Counted from the first letter of the stretch, positions 39,438 through 50,324 are shown. The stretch: DNA of 64,000 nt from Malacoraja senta (GCA_038087875.1 CM075991.1:11162001-11226000), one strand, 5' to 3'. Notes: a model not told the origin generated them from the sequence alone. Made by a program: numbers and translations.

Positions 39438-41165
39438 CTGTAAAGCCAACAGAGCCCAGCATTAAGATAAAAGCACGACAATTAAGCATGTTCTAATGCT
39501 GCAGCGGCACACAAGTGGTTAGCACAGCTTTCAATATGCTTTCTTTGAGTTAGCGATAGTCACTGCCTCAAAAAGACTGCCAATATCATCAAGGACCCAC
39601 ACCATCCTGGCCACACACTTATCTCTCCGCTGCCATCAGGTAGAAGGTACAGGAGCCTGAAATCTGCAACATCCAAGTTCAGGAACAGCTTCTTCCCCAC
39701 AGCCATCAGACTATTAAACACAACTTCAAACAAACTGCCTATTGCACTTTTTCTGTTTATTTATGTATATATATATATGGTCTGTGGTATATAGACATGC
39801 TGATCTGTTCTGTATTTATGCCTACAATATTCTGTTGTGCTGCAGCAAGCAAGAATTTCATTGTCCCATCTGGGACACATGACAATAAACTCTCTTGACT
39901 TGGTCTTGACTTGAGGTTTGAAGATTAAGAAATGTCAGAAGATCAAGGGCATCGATTCAGCAGTAAATCCTCCGAGAGGGATATGGACCTTACGTGGGCA
40001 GGTGGGACTATTGTAGCTGGGACATGGCCAGTGTGGGCAAATTGGGCTGAAGGGCCTGTTTCCTCACTGTATTACTCTATGACTCTTGTCAAATTCACAT
40101 AATGACTGGGATCAAGACCATAATTCAAACCATGCAGCCCTACTTGAGCGCTTTGTGTCTTTTTTTTATAAACAAGCACCTGTAGTTCCTCAATATTAGT
40201 CCCCATCCAAGGTTCCCAATATATTTGAGCCCTGAGTTTTACTCTTACAAGGACATGTAGGCCTCAAATTATTATTTCTCCTCTGCATGCATCCCACTGT
40301 GCAGATGTAGACTTAACTGCAAGTAAATGCACCCAATTTACTTTGACCAGGTCCTTCCTGTTAAGGAAATTAATTCATGTTAACCAAACAATTCCCCCTC
40401 TGGCACTCCCTCCACCTGAAGTTATACATAATTTTATAACAGTGCAATACCTCCTCCCCTTTTACTGACAATTGGTCTCACTTGAAAATTCTATGCCCTG
40501 GATATCAGGTTGCCTGTCCTGCCCATCCTTCAATCATATCTCTGTGATGGCAACAATATCATTGACCCTTGAGTGATGAGTTCATCTAGTCATACTCCTT
40601 GCATTAAAATAGATGCTTTTCACTCACTTGCTTGTTCTCCCTACTGGACTTCCAAGCTATTTTTCCTACAGGTGACTGTGTCTCTCCTACTACTCTCAGC
40701 ACATTTCCATTGCCATCTCTGTTTAAACCCTTCGCAACAGTGCAGCCAAATATTAAACGGGAATCTGAGGGGTAACTTTTTCACACAAAGGATGGTGAGT
40801 GTATGGAGCAAGCTGCCAGAGGAGGTAGTTGAGGCTGGGACTATCCCAACGTTTAAGAAACAGGTAGACTTGGATAGGGCAGGTTTGGAGGGATATGGAC
40901 CAAACGCGGGAAGGTGAGACTAGTGTAGCTGGGACAAGTTGGGCTGAAGGGCTGGTTTCCACACTCTATGACTCAGTAAGGAGTTGGGAGGAACTGCAGA
41001 TGCTGGTTTACACCAAAGATAGACACAGTGTTGGGGTCACTCAGCTGGTCAGGCAGTATGCCTGGAGAGAAGTAATGAGTTCAAGTTCAAGTGAGTTTAT
41101 TGTCATGTGTCCCTGATAGGACAATTAAATACTTGCTTTGCTTCAGCACAACAGAACATAGTAGG

Positions 41166-41256
41166 TACACAAAAATGCTGGAGAAACTCAGCGGGTGCAG
41201 CAGCATCTATGGAGCGAAGGAAATAGGCAACGTTTCGGGCCGAAACCCTTCTTCAG
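41166..41256 (-). mobile_element. Minimal PLE 3'-end insertion, 10-bp TSD
   Basis: ACATAGTAGG at 41156-41165 and 41257-41266. Confidence 0.8.
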
Positions 41257-41329
41257 ACATAGTAGGCATTTACTACAAAACAGGTTTCAGGGTCGAGCCC
41301 TTTCTTCCGGGGGGGGGGGGGGGGGAGGA

Positions 41330-41770
41330 GGGGGCAGGCCTGAGCTGCTGACCTTCGCGGGGCTTCGCTCTCGGAACAGTCGCAGTCGTCGGGCGGCCGC
41401 GCTCGTTTCCTCCGCTGGCAATCGCACTCGCAGTCGGTGGCGGAGGCCCGGCCTCCGGACAGGCGGCTGCCCAGGCCCCCCATTTGTCCACCGCCGCCAA
41501 CAGGTCACTCCCTCTCCTGCCGCTGTCGGTGGGTGGGTGGATGGGTGGAGTAGCCGCCTTTCCCGCCCCCCCACTTTCCTCCCTGACGACCGCTCTCAGC
41601 TGCCGTCTCTCCCGCGTCTCTTCAAGTTGCCGGTCGGGCGGTTGACGCTTCCAGCGGCCGCCATTTTGGGAAGGCGGGCATTTTGCGGGGAGGGGCTGGT
41701 CCCTTGACCAATCAGAGGCGCGCTAGAGGCCGTCCGCCGGCCCGCCCCGGTTCCCGCCTTCACTGAAGCT
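41330..41770 (-). promoter_or_regulatory. GMCL1: GMCL1 CpG island / promoter with YY1 (GCCGCCATTTT 41657-41667), NF-Y CCAAT (GACCAATCAG, core 41708-41712) and GC box (41741-41748)
   Basis: GC- and CpG-rich block around the first coding exon, with canonical motifs of a TATA-less promoter. Confidence 0.75.
41353..41483 (-). CDS. GMCL1: GMCL1 coding exon 1 (MGGLGSRL...RRKR...EAPR)
   Basis: ATG in the CpG island; MGxxxS start and a basic RRKR motif resemble the vertebrate GMCL1 N-terminus; ends AG|GTCAG and joins in phase to exon 2 (PR-R-KKLKSTSKYIYQ). Confidence 0.85.
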
Positions 41771-42183
41771 CCAGGCACCAACACAGACATGAGTGAAGCC
41801 GTCCACACCAACATGCTGGAGTAACTCAGTCCTGTCCAAAGTTCCTATATCTTTGGTCCTGTCCAAGGCAGCATCTCAGGAGAAAAGGTGTAGGAAGTGA
41901 ACTGCAGTTGCTGGTTTACACTGAAGATGTCAGACACAAAATGTGAAGGGAGGAACTGCAGACAACGGTTTAAACAGAAGATAGACACAAAATGCTGGAG
42001 TAACTCAGCGGGACAGGCAACATCTCAGGAGAAAAGGTGTAGGAAGGAACTGCAGTTGCTGGTTTACACTTCTTCCGTGTGGTGTTCACAGCTTAAAGTT
42101 GTTGGACAACTTGTTCTATTTGATGGTAGACAAAAATGCTGGAGAAACTCAGCTGGGTGCAGCAGCATCTATGGAGCGAAGGA

Positions 42184-42267
42184 GATAGGCAACGTTTCGG
42201 GCCGAATCCCTTCTTCAGACGGGATAGGCAACGTTTCGGGCCGAAACCCTTCTTCAGACCTGTCCCG
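42184..42267 (-). ncRNA. Two tandem minimal type I hammerhead motifs (39-nt period), PLE-derived
   Basis: CUGAAGA-A-GGG(UUUCGG/AUUCGG)CCC-GAAA-CGUU occurs twice; the first is closed by stem I CGGGACAGGU/GCCUAUCCCG. Confidence 0.65.
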
Positions 42268-42284
42268 TTTGTGCACGTCGAGTT

Positions 42285-42338
42285 GATTGCATTAGTCGAA
42301 ACAGGGCGGACCACGTGAAGGTTGCAATCTTCCACCCC
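42285..42338 (-). ncRNA. Minimal HDV-like self-cleaving ribozyme fold (54 nt)
   Basis: GGGGUGG-AA-GAUUGCA-ACC-UUCACGU-GGU-CCGCCCU-GUUUCGA-CUAA-UGCAAUC: P1 7 bp with a G1-U wobble, P2 7 bp, P3 3 bp, 7-nt L3, UUCG mini-P4, J4/2 CUAA. Confidence 0.8.
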
Positions 42339-42782
42339 CTGGTTTACACTGAAGATATCAGACACAAAATATGTAGGAAGGAACTGCAGGCGACGGTTTA
42401 AACAGAAGATAAGACACAAAATGCTGGAGTAACTCAGTGGGACAGGCAGCATCTCTGGAGAGAAGGAATGGGTGTCGTTTCGGGTCGAGACCCTTCAGAC
42501 ACAAAATGCTAGAGTAACTTCAACGGAACATGCAGCATCTCTGGAGAAAAGATGTGTGTAGCAAGGAACAGCAGATGCTGGTTTACACTGAAGATACACA
42601 AAATGCTGGAGTAACTCAGCGGGACAGGCAACGTCTCTGGAGAAAAGATGTAGCAAGGAACAGCAGATGCTGGTTTTCACCGAAGATGGACAAAATGCTG
42701 GAGTAACAGCAGGACAGAAAGCATCTCTGGAGAAAAGGAATGGGTGACGTTTTGGGTCGAAACCAGACAGAAACAAGGGAGA

Positions 42783-43620
42783 AGGTACACAAAAATGCTG
42801 GAGAAACTCAGCGGGTGCAGCAGCATCTATGGAGCGAAGGAAACAGGCAACGTTTCGGGCCGAAACCCTTCTTCAGACTGATAGGGGGTGGGGAGAAGAA
42901 AGGAAAAAAGGCGGAGGAGGAGCCCGAGGGCTGGGGGATGGGAGGAGACAACCAGAGGGCTGATGAAGGGGAGGGGACAGCAAGGGCTAGCAGAATTGGG
43001 AGAATTCAATGTTCAAGCCCCCAGGATGTAGACTGCCCAAGCGGAATATGAGGTGCATTTCCTCCAATTTCCGGTGTTGCTCGCTGTGGCCATGGAGGAG
43101 ACCCAGGACAGAGAGGTCAGATACGGAATGGGAAGGGGAGTTGAAGTGCTGAGCCACCGGGAGGTCAGGTTGGTTATTGCGGACCGACCGGAGGTGTTCG
43201 GCGAAACGATCACCAAGCCTCCGCTTGGTCTCACCGACGTAGATCAGCTGGCATCTAGAGCAGCGGATGCAATAGATGAGGTTGGAGGAGATGCAGGTGA
43301 ACCTCTGACGCACCTGGAACGACTGCTTAGGTCCTTGAATGGAGTCGAGGGGGGAGGTGAAGGGACAAGTGTTGCATCTCTTGCGGTTGCAAGGGAAAGT
43401 ACCCGGGGAGGGGGTGGTACGGGAGGGAAGGGAAGAATTGACAAGGGAGTTACGGATGGAGCGGTCTTTGCGGAAGGCAGACATGGGGGGAGATGGGAAG
43501 ATGTGGCGAGTGGTGGGGTCACGTTGGAGGTGGCGAAACTGACGGAGGATCACTTGTTGTATGTGACGGCTGGTGGGGTGAAAGGTGAGGACTAGGGGGA
43601 CTCTGCCCTATCATAATGAT
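42783..43620 (-). mobile_element. Second, shorter copy of the same PLE (GIY-YIG + 3' end), 14-bp TSD
   Basis: ORF 42987..43553 is nearly identical to the C-terminus of 61554..63326; AGAAACAAGGGAGA at 42769-42782 and 43621-43634. Confidence 0.9.
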
Positions 43621-43634
43621 AGAAACAAGGGAGA

Positions 43635-45490
43635 GGGAGTCTAGAAATATGGAAGGGTAAGGTGTGAAAACGACAGATCAAGGCAGATAACGATAAGGAA
43701 ATGTAGAATGGTTCATTGTTGGCTGAGGAGAAGGTGACAAGGCGGCATACAATCAGTAAAATTCTTCAGGACAGTGAAACTAGTCGGAGAACTATGGTCA
43801 GGGAGCGATGGAGAGAGGGAAAGCAAGAGTTACTTGAAATTAGATAAATCAAAATTCATGCTGCTAGGTTGTAAGCTGCCCAAGCGAAATTCAAGGTGCT
43901 GTTCCTCCTATTTGTGTTTGACCTCACTCTGACAGTATGGGACTGGATGGAGGAGTTACGCAACTGGGAGATCACGTAGGTCGAGGCGGACTGAGTGGAG
44001 GTGTTCAGCGAAGCAATCGCAGAGCTTGCGTTTGGTCCCAACGATATAGAGTATAGGGAGGTTGCACGGCAGTCGGGTCATGACCCGTGACCCGTACTGT
44101 TGCCACGCAACGCCAACTGGAGTACAAGCGATGAACTGCAGGTAAGCACTTACCATTGTTTCCAGTGTAGCGGGCCCGTTACAAACTGCCGAAATGATCA
44201 ATTTTTGTGCTGTAAATGATTATGGAAATTGGGGTAAGCGTGAGAGACATTTATCCTACTTCAGAATTCCAAAAGTGAGGAGAAATGACGGTAGAGAGAA
44301 GCGGCAGCTGAAGGGACAACAACAGCTCAAGTGGTTGGCGAACATTGGCCGTGCAGATAACAAGATTGAAAATATTGGCAATTATCGCCTTTGCTCACTG
44401 CATTTCATCAACAGTAAGGCATTATTTGTGTTTTTTCTTGATTCCTTTGGTATCTAAAAAGTTTCAGAAGTGATAAATCTGGCTGTAAAATTTTAAAATG
44501 GCCCATGGTTCTCAAGTGGGTTTTTACATACAAAAAGAAAACGCTTCTGAAGCAAAATTTATCATCGCAAACCATACGTGGGTTTTGAATTACATTTTAC
44601 TCAGATGCAAGCCAAGGAATGGCATAATTGTTAGCTGTTAATTGGACATAATCAACCTCAGCAAATTGACAATATCTTTGAAAGGGAGTAGTGGGTGTTT
44701 AAGCTGTCAGGACATTTTATTATTTGCCAAAATATACATCTCAATAGCATAATGATAGAAATCTTACTTTTCCACACACCACTCGTAAGTCTAGAGATTT
44801 TTTAAAATAATAATAAATTTAGATTCAGAGGCGTTTTCTTTTTGCATGTAAAAACCCACTTCGGAACTTAGATTTGCGATGTAAAAATTTTACATCCAGA
44901 TTTATCACTTCTGAAACTTTTTAGATACCAAAGGAATCAAGAAAAAACACAAATAATGCCTTACTGTTGATGAAATGCAGTCAGCAAATGCGATAATTCC
45001 AAACATTTTCAATCTTGATATCTGTACGGCCAATGTTCGCCAACCACTTTAGCTGTTGTTGTTCCTTCAGCTCTCGCTTCTCTCTACCATAATTTCTCCT
45101 CACTTTTGAAATTCTGAAGTAGGATAAATGTCTCTCGTGCTTACCCCGATTTCCATAATTATGTACAGCGCAAAAAAATGACCATCTCGGCGTTTTTTAA
45201 TGGGTAAGAAAGAACGCGTTTCGTGTATCAACAGTATATGCCGAAAACTGCCATGTACTTCACATGGATTGAGCTGGTCCGTGCGTCATGCCCTTTGACC
45301 TTATGTGCAACCCCCCTATTGGAGTCCAGACCTGGAAAAGCAGATGCAGTTGGAGAAGGTGCAAGCGAACCTTTGTCTCACCTCAAAGGACTGTCGGGGT
45401 CCTTGGACAAAGTCGAGGGAGGAGGTATAGGGACAGGTGTTGCATCTCTTGCGGTTGCAGAGGAAAGTACCTGGGAGGGGGGCAAGGAGG
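43635..45490 (-). mobile_element. Older degenerate PLE fragment, interrupted by the THAP element at 44055-45317
   Basis: Frameshifted GIY-YIG remnants (IVGTKRKLCDCFAEHLHSVR) on one side of the insertion and further PLE-like sequence on the other. Confidence 0.7.
44055..45317. mobile_element. Non-autonomous DNA transposon, AT TSD, THAP exon in each inverted arm (ISL2EU/Harbinger-related)
   Basis: Termini AGGGAGGTTGCAC / GTGCAACCCCCCT flanked by AT; ORF 44194..44457 is THAP-like (C..FRIPK..W..I.R..CSLHF), mirrored at ~44960-45185. Confidence 0.8.
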
Positions 45491-46211
45491 GACAAATTTG
45501 GGGGTAATTAGTACTAAAAGGGGCCACAAAATGGCTTGGCGAGTCAGAAAATTCCGAAGCTTTTTATACCTATATTTAAAACACAAGTGTAACCAAAGAA
45601 AAGGTAGTACAACTCAAGGATAAAGGGGGAAATTTGTGCTTGGAATCTGAGGATGTAGGCGAGATACTAAACAAGTACTTTGCATTTGTTTTAACCAAGG
45701 AGCAAGACATGGAAGACAGTGTGGAGAAAACTAATATGCAAGGATAGTTTGAGATTAGGAAAGGGATGGTGTGGAGCTCCATCGCCAAGAGATGGTGTGA
45801 AGAGCATTAAGGTGGATGAATCCCCCAGACCGGATGAGATTTATCCCAGGTTATTGAGAAAGGCAAGTGTGCTGTTGCACTAGGGGGGAGGGTTGAATGT
45901 AACAGGAGAATACACAGATAATGGCATAATCCTTTACTGCATTGATGTGCAGAAGGATCATGGAGTCCAAGTTTATAGCTCACTGAAAGTGGCAGCACCA
46001 GTAGATGGTGTAATGAGAAGGCATATGGTATGCTTGTCTTCATTGCGAGAGGCATTGTGCATAAGAGTCAGGAAGTCATGATGCAGCTTTATAAGACTTG
46101 GATTGCAGCACCTTGCAGCCTGAACACTCAGGCTGGCATAAGAAGTTTAAGTGTTTCTCTTGGAATAAGATTGCAATGTGTCACAGCATCAGTATAGATA
46201 AAATGGAATGT

Positions 46212-46217
46212 TTTATT
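46212..46217 (-). promoter_or_regulatory. Candidate ANXA4 polyadenylation signal AATAAA
   Basis: AATAAA at the end of a ~900-nt AT-rich, repeat-free stretch after the stop, just before the TE cluster begins. Confidence 0.5.
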
Positions 46218-47121
46218 TAAATGTTAACAGCCTTGAATTACAACATTGCTGCAATGGTTCATTGCTTCCAGTTTTCAAAGTGGTACTCTTGCAAAATGTA
46301 AATATTTACAGGTGACATTAACAAATTACACAGCAAGAGATGCTCATCCAAGTGAATACAACTGATTTGTGTATAATCTATTTGACAAATGTTGTTACAT
46401 GCATCTTGTACACTTTCATTACTCAATCGTACATTCTTAGCAATTTGCAATTGTTCCCAATCAACAACATTACAGCTGAGGAAATTCCTGACTGCAGTCA
46501 TAGTTAAGGGGCAAACAGCTCATTTGCTGTATGAAACTATTTTAAGTCTACAGATCAGGGTAAAAAATACAGCAGGGCTGTCGTTGTAACCCCTTCACTA
46601 TTTCTTGCATGACATTGAATGATGTATTATTTCCTTGGACATTAAGTACAGGATGCACTTAATTTATCTTTAAGTTTATAGTTTCAAATCACACTTTACA
46701 ATTGTTCTTCATCTTTAATTCACATTGTAGTACAGTACACATATTACTTTATCCCTTCTTGGATTGAGTCCCACATTGGAAGGTCATTACAAACCAGAAA
46801 TGGCAAGCCCCAGATTTCAAAGTTCAGATCTGCACTGAAACTTTAAGGAATAGCAATTTACTAACTATTGTCAAGTGTATGTTCAATTTTACAGTAAGAT
46901 CTTGGAATTGATTTGTGCATTGTGCTTCTGCTTAGCATTTTATATTAGCTTTGCATCTTTAAAGGCATTGATTAGAATAATGTATTTCAAGATCATAGCG
47001 AAGGCAAAAAAGTTAAGGCTTCATTGAGCGTATAATTAAAGCATGTCACTAAGTGAGCACCGCACTCATTTTACAGGATCTTCAATTCATTCCATCTTGA
47101 AATGACACGGAGCTATTACAT

Positions 47122-47178
47122 TTATTCACTGCCACACAGTTGGAGGAGGATCTTCTTGTAATCTCCAGAACAATCGCC
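47122..47178 (-). CDS. ANXA4: ANXA4 last coding exon (GDCSGDYKKILLQLCGSE*)
   Basis: GDxSGDYxKxLLxLCG annexin C-terminus; cag acceptor; TAA stop. Confidence 0.94.
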   Translation of the reverse strand, partial: GDCSGDYKKILLQLCGSE

Positions 47179-48829
47179 CTGGAATCAAAATTATTACATG
47201 TTAAATTATACAAGTTTTAAAAGAGAATGTCATAGCACATCTAACCATAATTGAAGCATTTATGATTCGATTACTGTAATTATTTTTTGAACCCAACCCA
47301 TTTAGCAGTCTGCCCACTAGTCTATAACAAAATATTAACTTGAAAGATATGTAATTTTTTCCAGTACCATTCCAACTAACAGTCTTCCAAAATACTTCAG
47401 AATTTTTTTAGTGTAGTATTTGTTGTAAAAGGACATGTGGCAGCCAATATATGTAAAGCCAGCTATAACAACCAGATACATAATTATCAACGCCCTGGGT
47501 TAGGGATGTTGATTTAGAATTACATATTGGCTGGAAACCAGCAATATTACCATGATTGTTAAAATAGAACTTGAAATTGAATTAGCTGTGCTTTGAATAT
47601 AACAGATTTCACTTCTCATATGTAAATTAAATGTCTTAAAGGGAGTGCGATCTTACTTGATATCACTAGCTACAAGGTCAAAGTTATCGGGTAATAGAAT
47701 GAAAGTTTATTGAAAATCTCATCTAGAATTTGGCCCAGGACTGCGTAGTCCAGTTTCTGGCACTTGGTGGCACAAGCATACTGCAGACCAGCCATAGTAG
47801 CAGGCCATATTACACAGAGCACACCCACATTGCACTGTACCAAATTCGGTGGGTGGGTTTGGTGTATGGTCTGGGTGCAGGGGGGGGGGGGGGGGGTAAA
47901 GTATTAAACAAAATCTGCTCTTTAAAAATAATAATTTTCTCAAACAAGCTTACTAGTGATTGTGATTAGGCAAACGTGAAATCTAATAGTTTATTGTATG
48001 CTTTTGTGTCTGAATCATACCAGATGAGATTTTAAACAAGATCTTGCACTTTGAATTACTCAGATGGAATTCATGGCCTAGGGCTCAATTTTAATGAGAA
48101 CAGCAAAACAGAAAAGTGTGGTTCCCAGGGTTATTAGAGACGCTCAAACAAACATGATCCTAGTTGCTATGTTGTGAAGTCCTACTGCAGGTAACAAGAA
48201 TAAATGGCATATTAATACTTGGAAGGAAATGTGGAGTTTAGCTAAAAAATGCATTTAATTTAACACCTGCACTAGAAGTGTCAGTATAGATTATGTGCTC
48301 CAAAATGTGGTTTCAATCACAAGGCTATAATTAAAACAGCTTTTTTCAAACATTGTACGTATTGTTAACATGGCAGAGAATGTAATAACTCGAAAACAAT
48401 CATCTATAACACCCAGCATGATTATAAGGTGTTAGTGCTTAACTGGAAACTACTTTAAGATCCTGAGCACACAGTGGCTGAAATAGCAATATCTCCAAGT
48501 CTGTGCAGCATGAAAGGAATAAATACCAAGCTATTTAAACAATGCATCTCAAGAGATGTGCAGTGGACTGAACAAAAAATGTACTTTTGATCGAGTAGAC
48601 AACTCAAGCACTTGCAATATTAAAGTGAAATGTTCTTTACAACAACTTGAATTATGATAGGGTCCATTTTTACAACTGAAACATCATAAGCTGTAAAATT
48701 TTACCTGTTAACATGGTAAAGCAAATGTATTGGAACTGCTGATTCAACCTTGGACAAATATCTATCACAGGTCATCTCTTGAAGGTAAATGGAATTTAGC
48801 CCATTATGGCACGAGGGATGGAGTGCATC

Positions 48830-49435
48830 ACTAAAGTGTCAACACAAGTAGATAGAGTGGTAAAGAAGGTTTATAGTCAGCTTGCTTTCATAGGTCAGGG
48901 CATTTAGAGTTAGGAAGTCACAATGTAGCTGTATAGGTTAGGCTGCATTTGGAGTATTGTGTACAGTTCTGGTAGCCCCATTACAGGAAGGACATGAAGG
49001 CTTTAGAGGGGTGCAGAGGAGGTTTACCAGAATTATGCCTGGATTTGGTGATATTAGCTCCAGGGAGAGGTCGGGCAGACTTGGATTGTTTTCTCTAGAA
49101 TGCCATAGGATATGAGGAGACCTGATAGAAGTATAGAAATTCTGAGAGGCGTAGAAAGGTTAGACACAAAATCTTTTTCAGAGGGGCAAAGTTTAAAGCA
49201 GGGCAAGTTTTCTTTTTAAACGGAGGGTAGGTGGCGAGTGCACAGCTGAATGTTGTGGTTGAAGCAGATACATTAGTGGCATTTAAAAGACTTTTGGATA
49301 GGCATTTGGATATGTAAGGAATGGAGGGATATGGGTTATGTGCAGGTAGATAAGTGATGGTCTTGGTATCATGTTCACCATATACATTATGAGTTAAAGG
49401 GCCTGTTATTGGGCTGTACTGTTCCATGTTCTCTA
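48830..49435 (+). mobile_element. CR1-clade LINE 3' end
   Basis: LEYCVQFW.PHYRKD..ALEGVQRRFTR motif. Confidence 0.7.
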
Positions 49436-49829
49436 TTTGAAGATAAACTTGCATCTTTTACTCCAACCTGCTTCCTAAACATTTCAATATCCTGACAAAA
49501 CAGCAGAAACTATTCTACAAAGTAATTACATTTGCTGTATTGGTGTTTTCTATAAAACCTATTTAGTAAATTCAACCTTACTAGCCACATAATATTTTAT
49601 TCTGCCTCCATTTTAAAGCAAGACAATGAGAGCTAATTCCCATTGTATGAATGAACTATAGTCACGTGTATCTACAAGATATAAAATAACCAAGTCATAG
49701 GGAATAAAAAGGCACACTCAAAATATCCAGTCATGCCATCAAAAAAGTATATTTCTTAAAATCGATCAATAATTAAGATTGTCACCAATCCTTTCATGCT
49801 TCAATCTCCAATTATCATTGTGCTCTTAC

Positions 49830-49952
49830 CTTGATAAAGGAATGCAATGACTTTCCATACATTCTTTGAAACTCATCTTTAATGTCCAGCATGTCAATTT
49901 CACACCGAGATACCATGACCCTAATCAAGGCATCATCATCTGTACCAGCTCC
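49830..49952 (-). CDS. ANXA4: ANXA4 exon ([41 protein letters not shown]), repeat 4
   Basis: Canonical annexin repeat 4; tag/gtaag boundaries; 123 nt. Confidence 0.94.
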
Positions 49953-50039
49953 CTATTACCAAGAGAACATAATGATTAGGCATTTACTTTCAATCCCTAT
50001 GGAGAAAAAATTATTTTAGACCATCTTATTTTAGACCAT

Positions 50040-50324
50040 GTCCCCCAACACTTCATCCAATACTAGCACCACCTAGCGTGCTTCCGGTTGTGGGAACGGA
50101 GAGAGGGAGCAGCGTGAAAGTGGCGCGAGTAGTGGGCCCGTCCCTGGTGCGCTGTGTGGGGCCGGGGGCTCCACAGCTTGTGAAAACCCGCTTGTTTAAT
50201 CCACCCAACACAGCATTTCTTCCCTCCCGGGCTTGCGTTGTACCCCCATCACTCGGTTATAGTGGACTATCGGCAATGACGGCCACTACCCCCTCCAGTG
50301 ATCTGTTATAGCGAGGGTTTGCTG
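50040..50324. mobile_element. Tigger/pogo-like DNA transposon end fragment
   Basis: Ends GTTATAGCGAGGGTTTGCTG|TA, similar to the reverse complement of the 7573 terminus. Confidence 0.45.

Larger units (their letters stand above)
42071..42338 (-). mobile_element. Short non-autonomous retroposon with 5' HDV-like ribozyme, GAAGA(AG) tail and 12-bp TSD
   Basis: CTGGTTTACACT at 42059-42070 and 42339-42350; no ORF. Confidence 0.75.
41810..42770. repeat. Tandem array of partial PLE-derived SINE-like units
   Basis: Repeated AGGAACTGCAG..CTGGTTTACAC.GAAGAT.GACACAAAATGCTGGAGTAACTCAGCGGGACAGGCA units. Confidence 0.75.

Noticed and set aside
41195..41707. 170-aa plus-strand ORF across the CpG island
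   Set aside because: Starts in a PLE repeat and stays open because of high GC; antisense to GMCL1 exon 1.
41810..42770. Repeat-spacer-like array reminiscent of CRISPR
   Set aside because: Eukaryotic context, irregular unit length, no cas genes; the units are dispersed PLE-derived repeats.
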